Source: the human T2T-CHM13v2.0 reference genome, Homo sapiens
DNA: 64,000 nucleotides
Assembly (NCBI RefSeq): GCF_009914755.1
Contig: NC_060940.1
Strand: one strand, 5' to 3'
Shown here: positions 25,591 through 40,144 of the stretch, in pieces
Layout of the letters: every line of letters starts with the position of its first letter
How positions within the stretch are numbered: the first letter of the stretch is position 1
Notes under the pieces: model-generated
What the model saw: only the letters and a program-made list of their open reading frames with translations
Databases searched by the model: none
What the model was told of the DNA's origin: nothing
Translations under genes and position numbers: made by a program

Positions 25591-27689
25591 AGACACAGAG
25601 CATTTAAAAACTGGCACTTACGAAGCTTTTTAAAATACCGAAAAGGACAAAGAGAACTAAGAAAATTCCCACTATCCCTAAATCTCTCTTAACTTCTTTT
25701 AAATTGTAAAAAAATCAAGCTATTACCTACATGTGACAAAATGTGCATGCCCTAACTGTTGAGTGTGAGGGAGTTCTGACTGCTGTACTCACCTGAGTAA
25801 CCACCACCTGGATCTCCGTCACCCAGAAGATCTCCTCGCGCCCCTTTCCAGCCAGTTCCTTGTCCTGCCAGATATCCCCTGCGAACATTTAACAAAAATA
25901 AAATGCACGTACATAGGTGGTAGTCCTAAAAAGTATAGAAAGGTATAAAATGAAAAGTTGGCCTCTACTCCTTCAAGTCCATTTTCCCCTAGGCAGTCAC
26001 TGTTAGCAGCTGCACGGGGCTTCTCAGAAAGTGCTTATGAATATTCCTTTGTAAACACCACGCAGACTTTATCATCCACGCGGTTCCGTTCCATGCTCCT
26101 TAATATATGTCGCAGCAGTGTCTGCAGTAGCACACAAATCCACACCATTTTCTTTTCTAGTTTCATAGTCTTCCCTTCAGGCAGAGTTTAAGGTGGATGG
26201 AACTTTAGATCCTTTAGGAAAATGCTGTCATCCACATAGGGAGACTGAGTTTCTGACAGGAAGGAGAGGTTTATTGAGCATCTACTATCCACAGGCCAGA
26301 GGCAGTACAAGGCGGTTTGCTGCCCAGGCCTCGCAGCCCCCCAACACGGAAGCCTGTAAGCACACTCCAGGGACCAGGGTGGAGTGAGCTGCCCCTGGCT
26401 ACAGAGCTGGGAGGTGGAGGTCCTAGGTTTGCACCATGTGCCTGGGTCACCGAGCCTTCCCTTGCACTCCCCTGTCCCTGGCCAGGGCTTCCTCAACTCT
26501 ACATAAGGGCCAGCCTTGGGCTTTGGGACATTCAAGACACCCCCACCCCCACCTTCTGGGTAAAGGTCTTTCCTGAGCCTCAGAAATGACGCATTACAGC
26601 GGCTTCCCAAACTGCGAAGGAAGAAGTGGCGTTTGTGGGTTGTCATCGTTTCTTTGGGCAAGGAAGGGGGGACCCGAGCGTTCGTGTGTCATCCAGCGCA
26701 GGCTTTGATGAGGCTGATGAGTCATGGAGCCATACAAGGAAGTTTTTCATGTAAACGGTTTGTGGGTGAACTTGTTTTTTGCCCTTTAAGGCAGAATTTT
26801 GTTTTTCTTTTTCTCGCCCTTTAAAGACAAGTTTTTAAAACGTAAATGAGAGGCAGCGTCTTGATGAGCAAGATCTTTTGTTCTGCAGGCGTCTGCAGTG
26901 TGTCTCTTTCACAGCCAGTGGTGGGCAGTGGAGGCCCCTGAGCTGGGTTGCTGATCTGCACTTGGGGCACACCTTGGCCAGGTGTCCAGCCTGGAAGAGG
27001 GAGGTGGCCTGCCATTCTTTTGTTGGCCTCCAGGGCTCCCACCTGCTGGCCTGTTGGCTCGGAGATGAGGCCAAACAGAGACTTTAAAAAGAGCAGTGCT
27101 TGTCCCCACAGAGGAATTAGGCCCTTGCTTCACCGAGGGATCATCAGAAAATACCCAGCGGGACAGCCGGCTAACTCTGGAAGGGAAGGTGTTTGGGAGA
27201 GAGGATAATTGACCGGGAGATGATGCAGAACGACTAGGGCCCTGAGGGCTGTTGCCCACATTCTGCTCCCCGGAGCACCCTGGTGCACTTTCAGAACCAA
27301 CAGACTGTTTTGCAGAAAGCCTTGAGAGGGACAGAGACCCCCTTTCAGAGAAACTGAGGCCACTCCTAATGGAGCTTGCTGGCACGTGGCAGCAGAAGGC
27401 CAGGGTGGTTTGTTTCCAGCGGGGGCTGGCACATGCTTGGACCATTCCCTTTGGAAAACTGGGCTGAACCTGACCTCTGTCCAGGAGTACAAGGACCTTA
27501 GAAAGCACACCCCAGAGGTCGGGGCCAGCCTGACACCGGCTGGAGGCAGGAACAGACTCAGGCAGACCATTCATCATGTCTGTTGACTTTTGAGACTTTT
27601 GTTAAAGTCTGCAACCAATCTTCCATCCAAGAGGGTCCTTATCATCCCAGGCCTCCTGGCACTGCAGACCCAGGGATTTTGAACCGGTA

Positions 27690-27870
27690 GCTCAGTGGTT
27701 TTCAGAGTGAAGTCCCAAGACTAGCAGTATCTGCATCACCTGGGAACTCTCTAGAAATGCCAGTCTTCAGTTTCACAAACTCTGAGGTGGCAGGATGAGA
27801 GCAGCAAACTATTTTAACATACCCTCCGGGTGACTGTGATGCACCCCAGCGTTTGAGAACCACTGCAGTA
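27690..27870. mobile_element. MER5A-like hAT-Charlie DNA transposon
   Basis: cagtggttttcagagtg...gcatcacctgggaact...agaaatgc...gtttgagaaccactg (terminal inverted repeats cagtggtt/aaccactg). Confidence 0.8.
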
Positions 27871-29253
27871 GTGTGAAGAAAGGGGAAAGAACAATAAACA
27901 TCTATTGAGTGCCTACTGTTTTCCATCTACTTTATTTTCATTATTTTCTTTAGGCTGCACAGTGTCCCTGGGTTTTATATCTCCATTGTATGAACACGAG
28001 TCTGACTCTCAGATTAACCTTCTCATGCATCCAAGCTGGAATTCAAACCCAGAGTCTGCTGCCTCCTTCTGTAACCATTTCACCTTCTTACTGGGTTTCT
28101 CATAGCCTGAGATCAAGCATGGATGACTAAACGTGTCCATAGCTTTCGGGTTACTCTGCCAGAATCCCCTCTGTTTGTGCAGGTCACTTAGAATTCACTG
28201 TGGTGAACACCATTGAACTCACTCCTAGGACGCTGAGCTTCTCTGGGTGAGTAGAGTCTGCTGCACGAGTGTCTGAGGAGCCGCCTCCCCAGGGAGGGCA
28301 GGAGTGCGCCTTCTCCTATATTCAAGCATGACAGCATTACCTGGCTTGAAACTCACATTAGAGACTTACTGAACATTAATTTATTAAAGAACAGGATCCT
28401 TCTCCAGGATTCTCATAAGTTAAAGCCCTTTGTAGTAGGCGCCGGTGACTCCCACCCAGAGGATGCAGCTGGGAAGGATGGAGGCTTCCAAACAAAGCCA
28501 TGAACAGATCAGATGTCCTTTGAAGTGCTGCAAGCACTAGATAAAGTTCTTAGTGAAATAAACAACAGAGGCCCCTGTTGAGATGCTACCGTCTTGAGGC
28601 CTGGCAAGGGAAATCCTTATTTGGGATAGAGAGAGTTCCCTTTATCAGGCCCAAAGGAAACAGAGCCTGTGGTGTCCCTCACTGTATTTCGGAAGGGCTA
28701 GGAAACTCGCCTGGGGCTGCCCGCCTCCCACACCACAGAGGAAGAGCAGGCTCTGGTACAGTATTTGCATTTTTTTATTTATTTGGTGGGTTGCAATTAA
28801 GCAGCGTTGTTTCCTGAAATGCCCTGAAAATGCCACCTTATATTAATGATTAATAAGAGGTGTTCCCCACCCCCACCCCGTAGTCTTTAATGTTGAGTGC
28901 AAATTGCTTTTTCGCTCTGGGTGGCCTTGGTCAAGAGGGGAGGGCCAATTACTGAGGTTCAGAAGGCCAAGCTGGTGGCCCTGTCAGAAAGACCCTCAGG
29001 AGGGTTGGCACACAGGACAGAGTCAGGGGGAAGGATTTGGTCGGCTTCATTTTAATTTTTTAAAGGTATATCCTACCTCTGCTTAATGACCCTTGAAGTG
29101 GCTTAGAAAAGCACACAGACTGGGAAAATCGATACGAATTGATCTGGAGTGACACCCACCAGGTGTTAGGAGGGAAAAGCCAGATGCAGACATAAGTATT
29201 ATGCAGTGCCATTTGTGTAAAATGAAATGAGGACCCCACAAAACCTGTCTGTA

Positions 29254-29296
29254 TCGTGTTGGTGCAAAAGTAATTGCAGTTTTTGCCGTTGAAAGT
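29254..29296. mobile_element. Half MADE1 (Hsmar1 inverted terminal repeat)
   Basis: gttggtgcaaaagtaattgcagtttttgccgttgaaagt; the second arm is absent. Confidence 0.8.
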
Positions 29297-29971
29297 CTGC
29301 TGCCAGACAAATATATATTTGTATTTGATTATCCGTGACCATGGAGAAAGAGATGAAATGATAGACGTCAAGCGTCTGCAAACGATCTGGCCCAGCACCT
29401 GTTTTTATAAATAAGGAGTTTTCAGGGTGGCGGGGACAGCTCTGCCCATTTGGGGGAGGGAGGGACAGCTCTGCCCATTCCTGCTGTGGCATTAAGCTGG
29501 TGACAACAGAGGTGGCATGACCCACAAAGCCTGGACTATTATTATTTGGCTCTTAGGAAAATGGTTTGTGGACCCCGATATATAACATAGTCTCAAATTT
29601 TCGGGGTTTACATGGTGAGCATGGAGTTAGCATGGATTCAGGGGGTGGCGGGAGGGAGGGCAGTGGTAAGGTTAAAAAGAAGAAAGCCAGCATGTATGAT
29701 GCAGCTGAAACTTAGGTGCAGTTTTAAATTGGGCTGGGTGTGTGTTTGTGTGAGTGTGTGTGTAACTGGGTTGTGGGTGTGTGTGTGCACCATGATACAG
29801 GTGTGCGGGCCATGAGCCTTCCATGCTGGAGTTCTTGTCCTCTGTATGATTTCGAATTTTTCAAAGAACATGCACTTGAAAAATCGGATTATCCATCTAC
29901 TAGACCACTGAAAAGTCAAAAGTAGTAAGATCTCAGATGCCTTCCAGTTCTCTTTAAGAATATGGGATTCT

Positions 29972-30362
<391 letters not shown>

Positions 30363-30660
30363 TTATTTCTCTTTAATTAAATGCACAATGCATGAACGGC
30401 TTCCTGCAATAATTTGAAACATTGCAGATAAAGCTGAGCCCTACCCGTTGGTCCTCCCCCGAGCCACTTCCGTCTCCAAAGAAGACAGCTGTCACCAGCC
30501 GGACTTGGTCCCCACCCCCCACCCCCTGAAGCCCCGTGAATTAGATCATATATATGTGTATGTCAACATAGATTATGCATGTATTTGCTACTGTACTTAA
30601 CAGCATGTTGTGCAGGTGGAATCCACGGCAGATCTTGTAACCCTCCTTCCTTCTTTTTAA

Positions 30661-31040
<380 letters not shown>

Positions 31041-31129
31041 GGTCACCTTTATTTTTTCTAAGACATTAACTGTCTTTAGTCAGTGTCCTACTGAACTCAA
31101 TAGGTGTCATTTATCAAGCCTGAAATGTG

Positions 31130-31290
31130 ACATTTAATTCTCCCAATAGCTCCAGGATGCAAATGCTACTATTATCCCCATTTTACAGATGAGGAAACTA
31201 AGGTTCAGAGAGGTGATGTAGTTTGCCTAAGGCTGCACAGCTCATAAGAAGCGGAAAAGAAATTCAAGTGTAGATCTGCCCGACTCTCCG
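31130..31290 (-). mobile_element. MIR
   Basis: tattatccccattttacagatgaggaaactaaggttcagagagg. Confidence 0.75.
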
Positions 31291-31476
31291 TTTGTGATGA
31301 TGCACACATCTGCGAGCAAAAACATGGCTTGCTTGAGCCTCTGAGCTCCCAGGAGTGTGCAGGCTGGTGGGGGAGGCAGCTGGCCCATAGGTCGTAGAGT
31401 GAGCAAAGAGTGATGAGGGTAGTAAGTTGGCATGCTGAGCATGGGGCTGGGCCAACCTGCCAGCCTCCCTGGCGCA

Positions 31477-32000
31477 ACAGAAATTCATTTCTCATGGTTC
31501 TAGAGGCCAGGAAGTCCACCATCAAGGTAGATTGGTGAGGGCTCGCTCCCTGCATCACAGAGGGTGCCTTCTCGCTGTGTCTCACATGGGAAGGGGTGAG
31601 GGAGCTCCCCCAAGCCTCTTTTCTAAGGGCACTGATCCCATTGGTGAGGGCTCCACCCTCATGAACTAATCACCCCCACGAGGCCCCACCTCCTAACACC
31701 CCCCCCACTGGGGATTAGGTTTCAATAATGAATTTTTTGAAGATACAAACATTCAGAGCTTAGCACTTGGCTTGTGGCCCCCTCACTCCGGTGTCTGCCT
31801 CCATGGTCACATGGCCTGCGCCTCCTCTGTCTCTCCTTTGTATACTTCCTGGGGATACTCGTCACTGGATTCAGGACCCACCAGATAATCCAGCGTGATC
31901 TCCCCATCTCAAGATCCCAAACGTGGGATGTTGCATTCACAGATGGCAGGGGTTGATGTGGACATACCTTCTTTGGGGCCACCAGTCACCTCATGACCCA
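31477..32000 (-). mobile_element. MLT1A-like LTR (to about 31765) abutting an MLT1B/C-like LTR fragment
   Basis: aacagaaattcatttctcatggttctagaggc...gggctccaccctcatga...aaacattcaga, then cttggcttgtggcc...atctcaagatcc. Confidence 0.75.
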
Positions 32001-32929
32001 GGCAGGAGTTTGCCTCTCTTAGTGAATGTGTCTCCGGGCACAGCCCTCCCCCCAGAGCATCTTGACACAGGAATGAGCAGAAGAAAATCCCACAGCTCTT
32101 GGCCCACCCCCACCTGCACGGGACTCTCTGAGGGGATGGTGCCTGGGATTTGATTAAGGAACCCTGAGAAACTGGTCGTATCCTTATCAAGGCCAGAGCA
32201 TAACACGCCCGAGGCGACGCTCCTTATTGTCCCTTCTGTCACCTCTCATCCCTCCCCTTGTCCCTTTCCTCTCCCCCCTCTCCCTTCTCCTTGGAGAAGA
32301 ACCCGGCAGCTTCTGCCTGCACCTGAGAATGTTTTCCCCTCTTTCCCTCTTTCTATAGCCTGTTCAAAATCTTAACTTAAAACCTGCTGAACTGGGTGTT
32401 CCTGCCCCAGTTCAGCCTCCTGTGGGAATGAGGGAGGTGCCTCCTGTCCGCACAGCCTCTGGTCAGCCTGAGAGCAGGGAATCCAGGAGGACAGGAGGGG
32501 CGGGCAGGCTGTGTTGAGTTTTAGAATTCTGAAAGAGGGGCGCCTGTTCTAGTCCATGAGGAAATGCACTTCTCCAGGCCCACCCCACACCCGGCCCACC
32601 CGTGCAGGCTGTTTTTCCACTGCACTCAGTTTTCCTGGAGAAACAGCCCCCGCCGGGATTAGGACCGTGTGAAGATCAGAGAGCCTTTCCAGAATGCCGA
32701 GGGAGAGTCCAGGATTGTTCCTGTGTGTGTGGCTCAGTCCCTTCAAGGACCGGAGCTCAGGACCAGGGGGTGACCCTGAGCCAGAATCCTGGTTCCTACA
32801 GGGCCGGCTGTGACCTGGAGTGGGTTACCTTTTCCTCTGTGTGTTGTGGTCTTCAAGTCTGTAGAATGGGGGTCGCACCTGTTAACCCCGGCTGCACCAC
32901 ATTCAGATCACCTGGAGATCTTAAATATT

Positions 32930-33400
32930 CTCTTGTTTAGTTCGGTGAAATATGCATGAGGCATCATTTGAACCAGGTTTAGGTGGCAGTTCAGTGGTTC
33001 ATTCACGTTGCCGTGCTGCTGTCACCACCATCCGTCTCCAGAACTTTCTCCTCTTCCCAAATGGAAACTCTGTCCCCATTACCCCCTCCCCCAGCCCCTG
33101 GCATCCACCATTCTGCTTTCGGTCTCTAAGAATTTGTCTACTCTAGGGACCTCATATGCGTGGAATCACACAAGATTTGGCCTTTTGTGGCTGCCTTATC
33201 TCAGCCTAATGTCCCCAAGGTTCATTCATAGTGTGGCCTGCGTCAGGATTTCCTTCCTTTTTAAGACAGAATAATGCTGCAGTGAATGGGTAGACCACAC
33301 CTTATGTCTCTCTTTATCCATTGGTGGACCTGGGTTGCTTCTGCCTTTTGGCTGTTACGAATGACGCTGCTGTGAACATGGGTGTGCAAATGCACTTTTA
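32930..33400 (-). mobile_element. L1MB-like 3' fragment
   Basis: accaccatccgtctccagaact...tcaggatttccttcctttttaag...gctgctgtgaacatgggtgtgcaaat. Confidence 0.8.
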
Positions 33401-34159
33401 AATATACCGGCGCTCCAAAAAGTCCTGATGCATAGGTTCTGCCTGCCCCCAACACCAGTCTGATGGGATTGTCCTGAGGTTGGACTCCGTTATTGGAATT
33501 CTAAGCCCCTTGGGTGGTTTTAATGTGTAGCCAGGGTCAAGAACCCTGCCTGATAGAGTCATTTGGGGCACACCTCAGCACAGGGCCCAGTACATAGGAA
33601 GCCCTGGGATGTTAGCTGGTGTGATGGTGGCTGCTGGTGTCGGCTGATGTACAGCTTTGTGTGAGAGGACAGCTTGGGGCCGGAATCCTCCCCCATGGCT
33701 CCTCTTTGCCAGGGACCCTGTGCGAGCCCCATGCTGACGTCCCTGCCCGAATTCTCCTGGAAGTTCCTCCTGTAGCCTCCTGGGTCCCCAGGTGGCTCCC
33801 TCTGACCTCACTGATGATGCAGGTGCCCAGGTGTGCCGTTTCTGACGCAGGGCAGGGCCAGGGCTTATGCAATCGGGTAATGGGCTGGAGGCGGGCCTTA
33901 GGGTGGAAGTCAGTGTTTCTGTCCCCTGCTGCAGCAAGAGCAGGATAGGACATCAGGCCCCCCCCCCCCAATTCCCCAGGGAAAGAAAACCCAACCAATT
34001 CCAAACCCAGCTCCCACTTTCTCAACCACAGTTGCAGAGGGCCCTGCTGCCTTCTGTGAAATGATGGGGCTGGACGGCTCAGCTCGAGTCACCGCAGTAA
34101 GATGGCAGACTGACTGGGACCAGGCGTCCTGGGGTCAGTCCTTGCTTGCTCCTTACAGC

Positions 34160-34406
34160 TGTCTGGGCTTCCAACAGCTGCTATGACAAATTTCCGTAAA
34201 CTGTGTTGCTTAAAACAACAGAAATTTGTTCTCACACAATTCTGGGGCCAGATGTCCAAAATCAAGGTGTCAGCAGGGCCACATTGCTTCTGAGACTCTA
34301 GGGGAGGGCCTTTTCCTTGCCTCACCCAGCTTCTGATGGTGTCCGGCTATCCTTGATGCGCCTTGGCATCCAGGCTCTGCCTCCATACGTGGAGGTCTCT
34401 CTGGAG

Positions 34407-34454
<48 letters not shown>

Positions 34455-34643
34455 TCTCTCTCTCTCTCCACATGGCCTTTTTATAACGACGCCAGTCACT
34501 GGATTTAGGGCCAACTCTAATCCAGTATGACCTCATCTTAATTATATCTGCGAAGACCCCATTTCCAAAGAAGGTCATAGTCACAGATACCGGGCTTAGG
34601 ACTTGGACATATGTTTTGGGCAGACACAGTCCAACCCACAACA
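34160..34643 (-). mobile_element. MLT1B/C-like solo LTR containing a (TG)n(TC)n microsatellite
   Basis: gcttaaaacaacagaaattt...atcaaggtgtcagcagggcc...ccagtatgacctcatcttaa...aacccacaaca. Confidence 0.82.
34409..34468 (+). repeat. (TG)n(TC)n compound microsatellite
   Basis: About 22 perfect TG units followed by a TC run. Confidence 0.97.
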
Positions 34644-35569
34644 CCAGCTGTGTGACCTGGGCAAGGTGTGAGCCCCTCCTCTCCTCTGCAGCACGTCCAC
34701 CATGAAATGAGGCTTGTGGGTGAGAACCTTGCTTCTTAGAGGGCTCAGGAACATCTGTGTCACCTGGAAGCTGCTTAATGCAGATTCCCAGGCCTCGCCC
34801 AGCTCTGCTGAGCTGGAATCTGCATGGTAACCAGACCCCCAGGCAATTCCTGTGCACACGAATGAGAGTTGCAGGGTAGGTGAAAGGATTTGGTGCAGGG
34901 CCTGGCCTAAAGCAGCACCTAACGCATGTTAGCCTTCAGTGCCATTTTCATTCTCCCCACTGCCTGTTCTACCTGCAACAAACACCGAGAGCACCTTCCC
35001 TGGGTGGCTGCAGTCACCATCCAACACATCGGAGGAACAGATGAGATGTCATCCCTGCTCCCAAGCAGCTCCTAGCTCAGCGAGGAAAACAGCTACATAC
35101 AATTTTTTTTTTAATGTGCTCAAACAGCATCTGCGTGATGATTGGATTTTGCCCACGGTGCAGCTGGCCTGAAGAGCCAGGTAGGATGTGGTACTCAGCT
35201 GGGAGCCTGACACCAAGGCCAGCTTATCTCCTTGCCAGCCAGGCACGTGGTTACCTAGGCAACCAGCCGATGCCGCAGAGACAGTGGAGCAGGACACCCG
35301 CCTGAGTTCCCGCTGTTTCCCTGGAAGCGGCATTGAGCACAGGAGGCCACCACCGGTGGGCATTTAGGCGTTTTCCCCTCTTGCAAACAAATTGCCCATC
35401 TCCCCAGGAGCTGGCTTTTCAGGCAGGTGTCCACTGGGCACCCAGCTGCACCAGCCTGCAACTGCCTTTGGGAAACCGAGGAGGCGAGGCTCAACTCTCC
35501 GATTTGAAGGCAGCAGAATCATTGATCAAGGCATAGAGGTGCTCAGGTTTGCCTCTCGGAGTGGCATGA

Positions 35570-35780
35570 TGGTCAGGTGCTCAGGATCCAGAGCTAGACC
35601 TGGATCCCAATTCTGCCTAGCTCTTAGTAGCTGCATGACTTACCTCACTCAGCCTCGATGTTCTCATCTGTAAAATGGGACTTACATTATACCACTCACC
35701 TCATTTAGTGGATGGGATGATTTAAAATGTATTTATACAAAGTGCTTCGCACAGGACCTGGCCTATGGAGTGCCCTTCAG
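35570..35780 (+). mobile_element. MIR
   Basis: agacctggatcccaattctgcc...gcctcgatgttctcatctgtaaaatggg...aaagtgctt. Confidence 0.68.
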
Positions 35781-36254
35781 AAGCGATGGCTTTTCCGCTG
35801 TCTTGTCACTCGTCATTCATCAGAACCCAGTGTGCGTGCTTGCTGTTCTTGGAAAATGTCAGCCCTTGATATGTAGTAGCCATTATGACTGTAATGAGTA
35901 GTTTGGTTAGAATGTTCTGTGCCCTGTCTCACCCTTCAGCCAGACTGGGAGTGTGCAGGGGCTGGTTTGTCTCATCTCTGTATCATTTCCCCCACTCCCT
36001 GCCCCTCCATAGAGACAGTGCCCCACTCAGAGTAGGCGTCCCTCCACCCACCTTGAAAACATGAGTCCTGAAGGGTAAGCATTGATTAATTCATCAATGA
36101 ATTAGTTGGACCAGCAGGTAACAGAGTTCAGTAATTGTGTGGGGTAAATTGGGGTCCCCTAAAAGACCCCTTACACCCTGTGCTGTCCTGTGGCAAAATT
36201 TAAACTGATTCAGTGCAGTTGAGGCACGGGGACAGGGCAAAAAGCAACAATATA

Positions 36255-37190
<936 letters not shown>

Positions 37191-37191
37191 T

Positions 37192-37496
37192 GGCCGGGCG
37201 CAGTGGCTCACACCTGTAATCCTAGCACTTTAGGAGGCCAAGGCGGGCAGATCATCTGAGGTCAGGAGTTCGAGACCAGCCTGGCCAACATGGTGTGAAA
37301 CCCCATCTCTACTAAAAATACAAAAATTAGCCGGGTGTGGTGGTGGGCGCCTATAATCCCAGCTGCTGGGAAGGCTGAGGCAGGAGAATCACTTGAACCC
37401 AGAAGGCAAAGGTTGCAGTGAGCCGAGGTCATGCCACTGCCTGGGTGACAGAGCGAGACTCTGTCTCAATAAGTAAGTAAATAAATAAATAAATAA
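37192..37496 (+). mobile_element. AluS, full length, with (TAAA)n tail
   Basis: Dimeric Alu sequence. Confidence 0.93.
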
Positions 37497-38679
37497 GGTT
37501 AATGGTTAATTTTATGGTGTGTGGATCTTACCTCAATGAAGTAAATCTATATGTATGTGTATATAGTGATGGCAGCCCCCTGGTGCCTCAGACAGCCTAG
37601 TTTCTCAGGCCAGAGTGATGGGCTGTGACTGGTAAAGCCCCTGTGTGATTCCTGGAGGCACTAGGGTTGTCCCTACCAAGCCTGGGGCAAGAAAGGAATC
37701 CCAGTCAGAGAGAAAAAAAATAGTGTTCAGTCTAATCCCAGAAGCACCGTTGACCCTATAGCCCTGACCTGTAATGAAAACGAACGAAACATGCATTTAC
37801 AATATTTCTTTAAAAATGAGATTTTGGGGGTCTCACTTTCTAGTTAAGTTGAGTGTCTTCTCGTTATTTTATACTCCACAATTAGATCACAGATGCCCTC
37901 CAGTCATGGTGGTGCTGGTGCCCATGTATTTCACTGGAAATGTGCACAGATAATCGGGACAGTGTTGCCTCCTTCCCTGGAAAATTGTAGCCAAAGCACC
38001 GAGGCTGATTTTGTGACATGGATTGTGTGGGCTAGCAGGCATGGGGAATAAGGCCAGGGGGCTGTGTGTGACCCAGGGTGTCTCTGTGGGGAGTGCACCA
38101 GCAGGGAGCTGAGAGGTTATGAGCGGGGTTTAGGTTGATGTTGAAGACTTGGCGGCCAAAAGGGCAGTTTGGGGGTAACACCCATGGGACAGTTATGAGG
38201 CCTGCATTATATCTGAAGGTAATGTGACAGTCTCTGATGCTCACCGGATTGAAGGGAAGCTATTCTGGAGGACTCAAGAAGGCCAAAAATGCTGCCTCCC
38301 AAGTGTCCAGTCCTCCCGGAAGCCATGGCTTGCTGGAGATAGCAAATTATTTCCTACACACTTAGCATCTGCAGCCATAGTGAGTCTTGAATCAGGGAAG
38401 CCAGGGAAGATAACCAGCCAGCCATTGTCCCCGGGTGTGCAAGGCACAAGTGGGGACATTGCACCTTGGTAGACCTTTTAAGAAAATTCCAAGGCAGGGT
38501 CCCAGTGAGATGGGGGCTTGGAGAGGGGGGTCTCCCATGGGAGGAGGTAGGCAAGGGCCCTTTCCTCGGGCCGAACGCAGTGCCACACACATACTAGACC
38601 TCAGCATCGATGGGTAGAGGCAAACATGCATGCTCCTGGGCCCGTGGGGACGTGATGACAGGGACACCAAGACTTTCGG

Positions 38680-38890
38680 ATAGCACTGCCCGACGGAGCA
38701 TTCTGCGATGATGAAAATGTTCTCTGTCTGCACCACTATAGTCACCACTAGACACAGCTGGCTACCGAGTAACTGTAATGTTACGATGTGATCAAGATGC
38801 TGGATTTGTAGTTGTATTTCATTTTAATGAAGTTCAGTGTGCGTAGCCACCTGGGGCTGGTAGCTTCTGGACTAGGCAGCTCCGCTGTAG
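38680..38890. mobile_element. MER3-like hAT DNA transposon immediately upstream of the MASVAQ promoter
   Basis: ttctgcgatgatgaaaatgttct...tagtcaccactag...tttcattttaat...tagccacctggggctggtagc. Confidence 0.7.
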
Positions 38891-38949
38891 GACCTGCACT
38901 GGAAAAAGTTTTCAAAGCCGGGCTGGGTCCTCCCTGGCTCATATTTCCC

Positions 38950-39264
38950 TGTGGGGTCCTCCTCCACTCTGCAGTGCCATGGGCGCGCCCGTGCAGCGTC
39001 CTCTCTTCACGACAGGTGGTGGGGAGCATGCGTGCTTGGGTGTGTACGCGCGCGAGCCCCAGAGGCTGCGGCAGCAGCAGAGCAGCAGAGCAGCAGCCCC
39101 TGCCTGGCGCGACGTGCTTCCAGTGCATTCTGAGTCACTCCTCTCCTGGCAAGGGGCACATTCCTGCTGACGACTTGTCTCCCGTGGAGGAGCAACAGGC
39201 TCTGCTTTCCCTGGCCTGAGAACCCTGGCATATGTGCTTGCCTCTGCTGACAGTTGCCAGAGCG
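38950..39264 (+). promoter_or_regulatory. CMIP: Putative internal promoter and 5'UTR of the MASVAQ first exon
   Basis: Local CpG cluster (gggcgcgccc, tacgcgcgcgag, ggcgcgacg); AP-1 site TGAGTCA at 39131-39137; TGCTGAC half-sites near 39165 and 39245. Confidence 0.65.
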
Positions 39265-39282
39265 ATGGCAAGTGTTGCCCAG
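39265..39282 (+). CDS. CMIP: Coding part (MASVAQ) of an alternative first exon that would splice in frame to exon 4, giving a PH-less CMIP isoform
   Basis: Strong Kozak gcgATGG; 18 nt to a CAG|gtaacg donor (phase 0); in-frame upstream TGA at 39217. Matches my recollection of a CMIP isoform starting MASVAQ. Confidence 0.8.
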
Positions 39283-39711
39283 GTAACGTCCCTTCCTTGA
39301 CAAGCAGAGAGGGTGAGGACAGCGCTGGAGTGGCTGACTCTGCCAGACGGGAAGCAGGAGGCTCTGCCTGCTGTCTCTGCTTGCCGCTGGCTGGTGGGGC
39401 TTGGGCTCGGATGTGGGGAGCCCTCCTGAGTTCTACCTCCCTGGACTACTCCTTTACAGAACTTGGTAGGTGAAAACAATCAGAGCTGCTGTTTAGCCAG
39501 GAACTGAGCTAAGTGTTTTATATATTATCTCATGAAATAGTCACAGCAAGCCTTTGACAGTAGTTATTCTTATCCTGATTTGCAGACAAGGAAACTGGTG
39601 CAAGTAATAGACTGTAAGTTTCATGAGCACCGGGGCTTGTCTGCTTTGTTCACCATGGTTATCCTTAGTACTTAACATAGTGCTTGGCACGTCATAGTAG
39701 ATCTTCATGGG

Positions 39712-40040
39712 ATGATTGGATGGAAGGGTGAATAGATCGATGAGTGAGTGATGGAAGTATGGATGGTAGATGGGTGATGAATGGATGATGAGGTGGGTGA
39801 AGGATGGATGGGTGGGTGGGTGGATAGTTGGGTGGGTGGATAGTTGAGAGGGTAGGTGAATGGTTGGATGGATAAGTAGATGGATGAATGAATGAGTGGA
39901 TGGATTAATGGATGGATGGGTGGGCGGGTGGGTGGATGGATGGATGGATGGATGGATGGATGGGTGGGTGGTTGGGCAGATGGATGGATGTGTGGGTGAA
40001 TGGTAGGTGGGTGAGTAGATGATGGATGGGTGGATGGATG
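39712..40040 (+). repeat. (TGGA/TGGG)n degenerate tetranucleotide repeat
   Basis: Seen directly. Confidence 0.95.
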
Positions 40041-40144
40041 AAGTAGAGCTTAGATTTGATCTGGAGTCTGCTCGTGAAGCCTATACGCTTCGCCACTGAG
40101 CCATACTACCTTTGGTTTTGTCTGATGACTACCTCCCTAGGATA

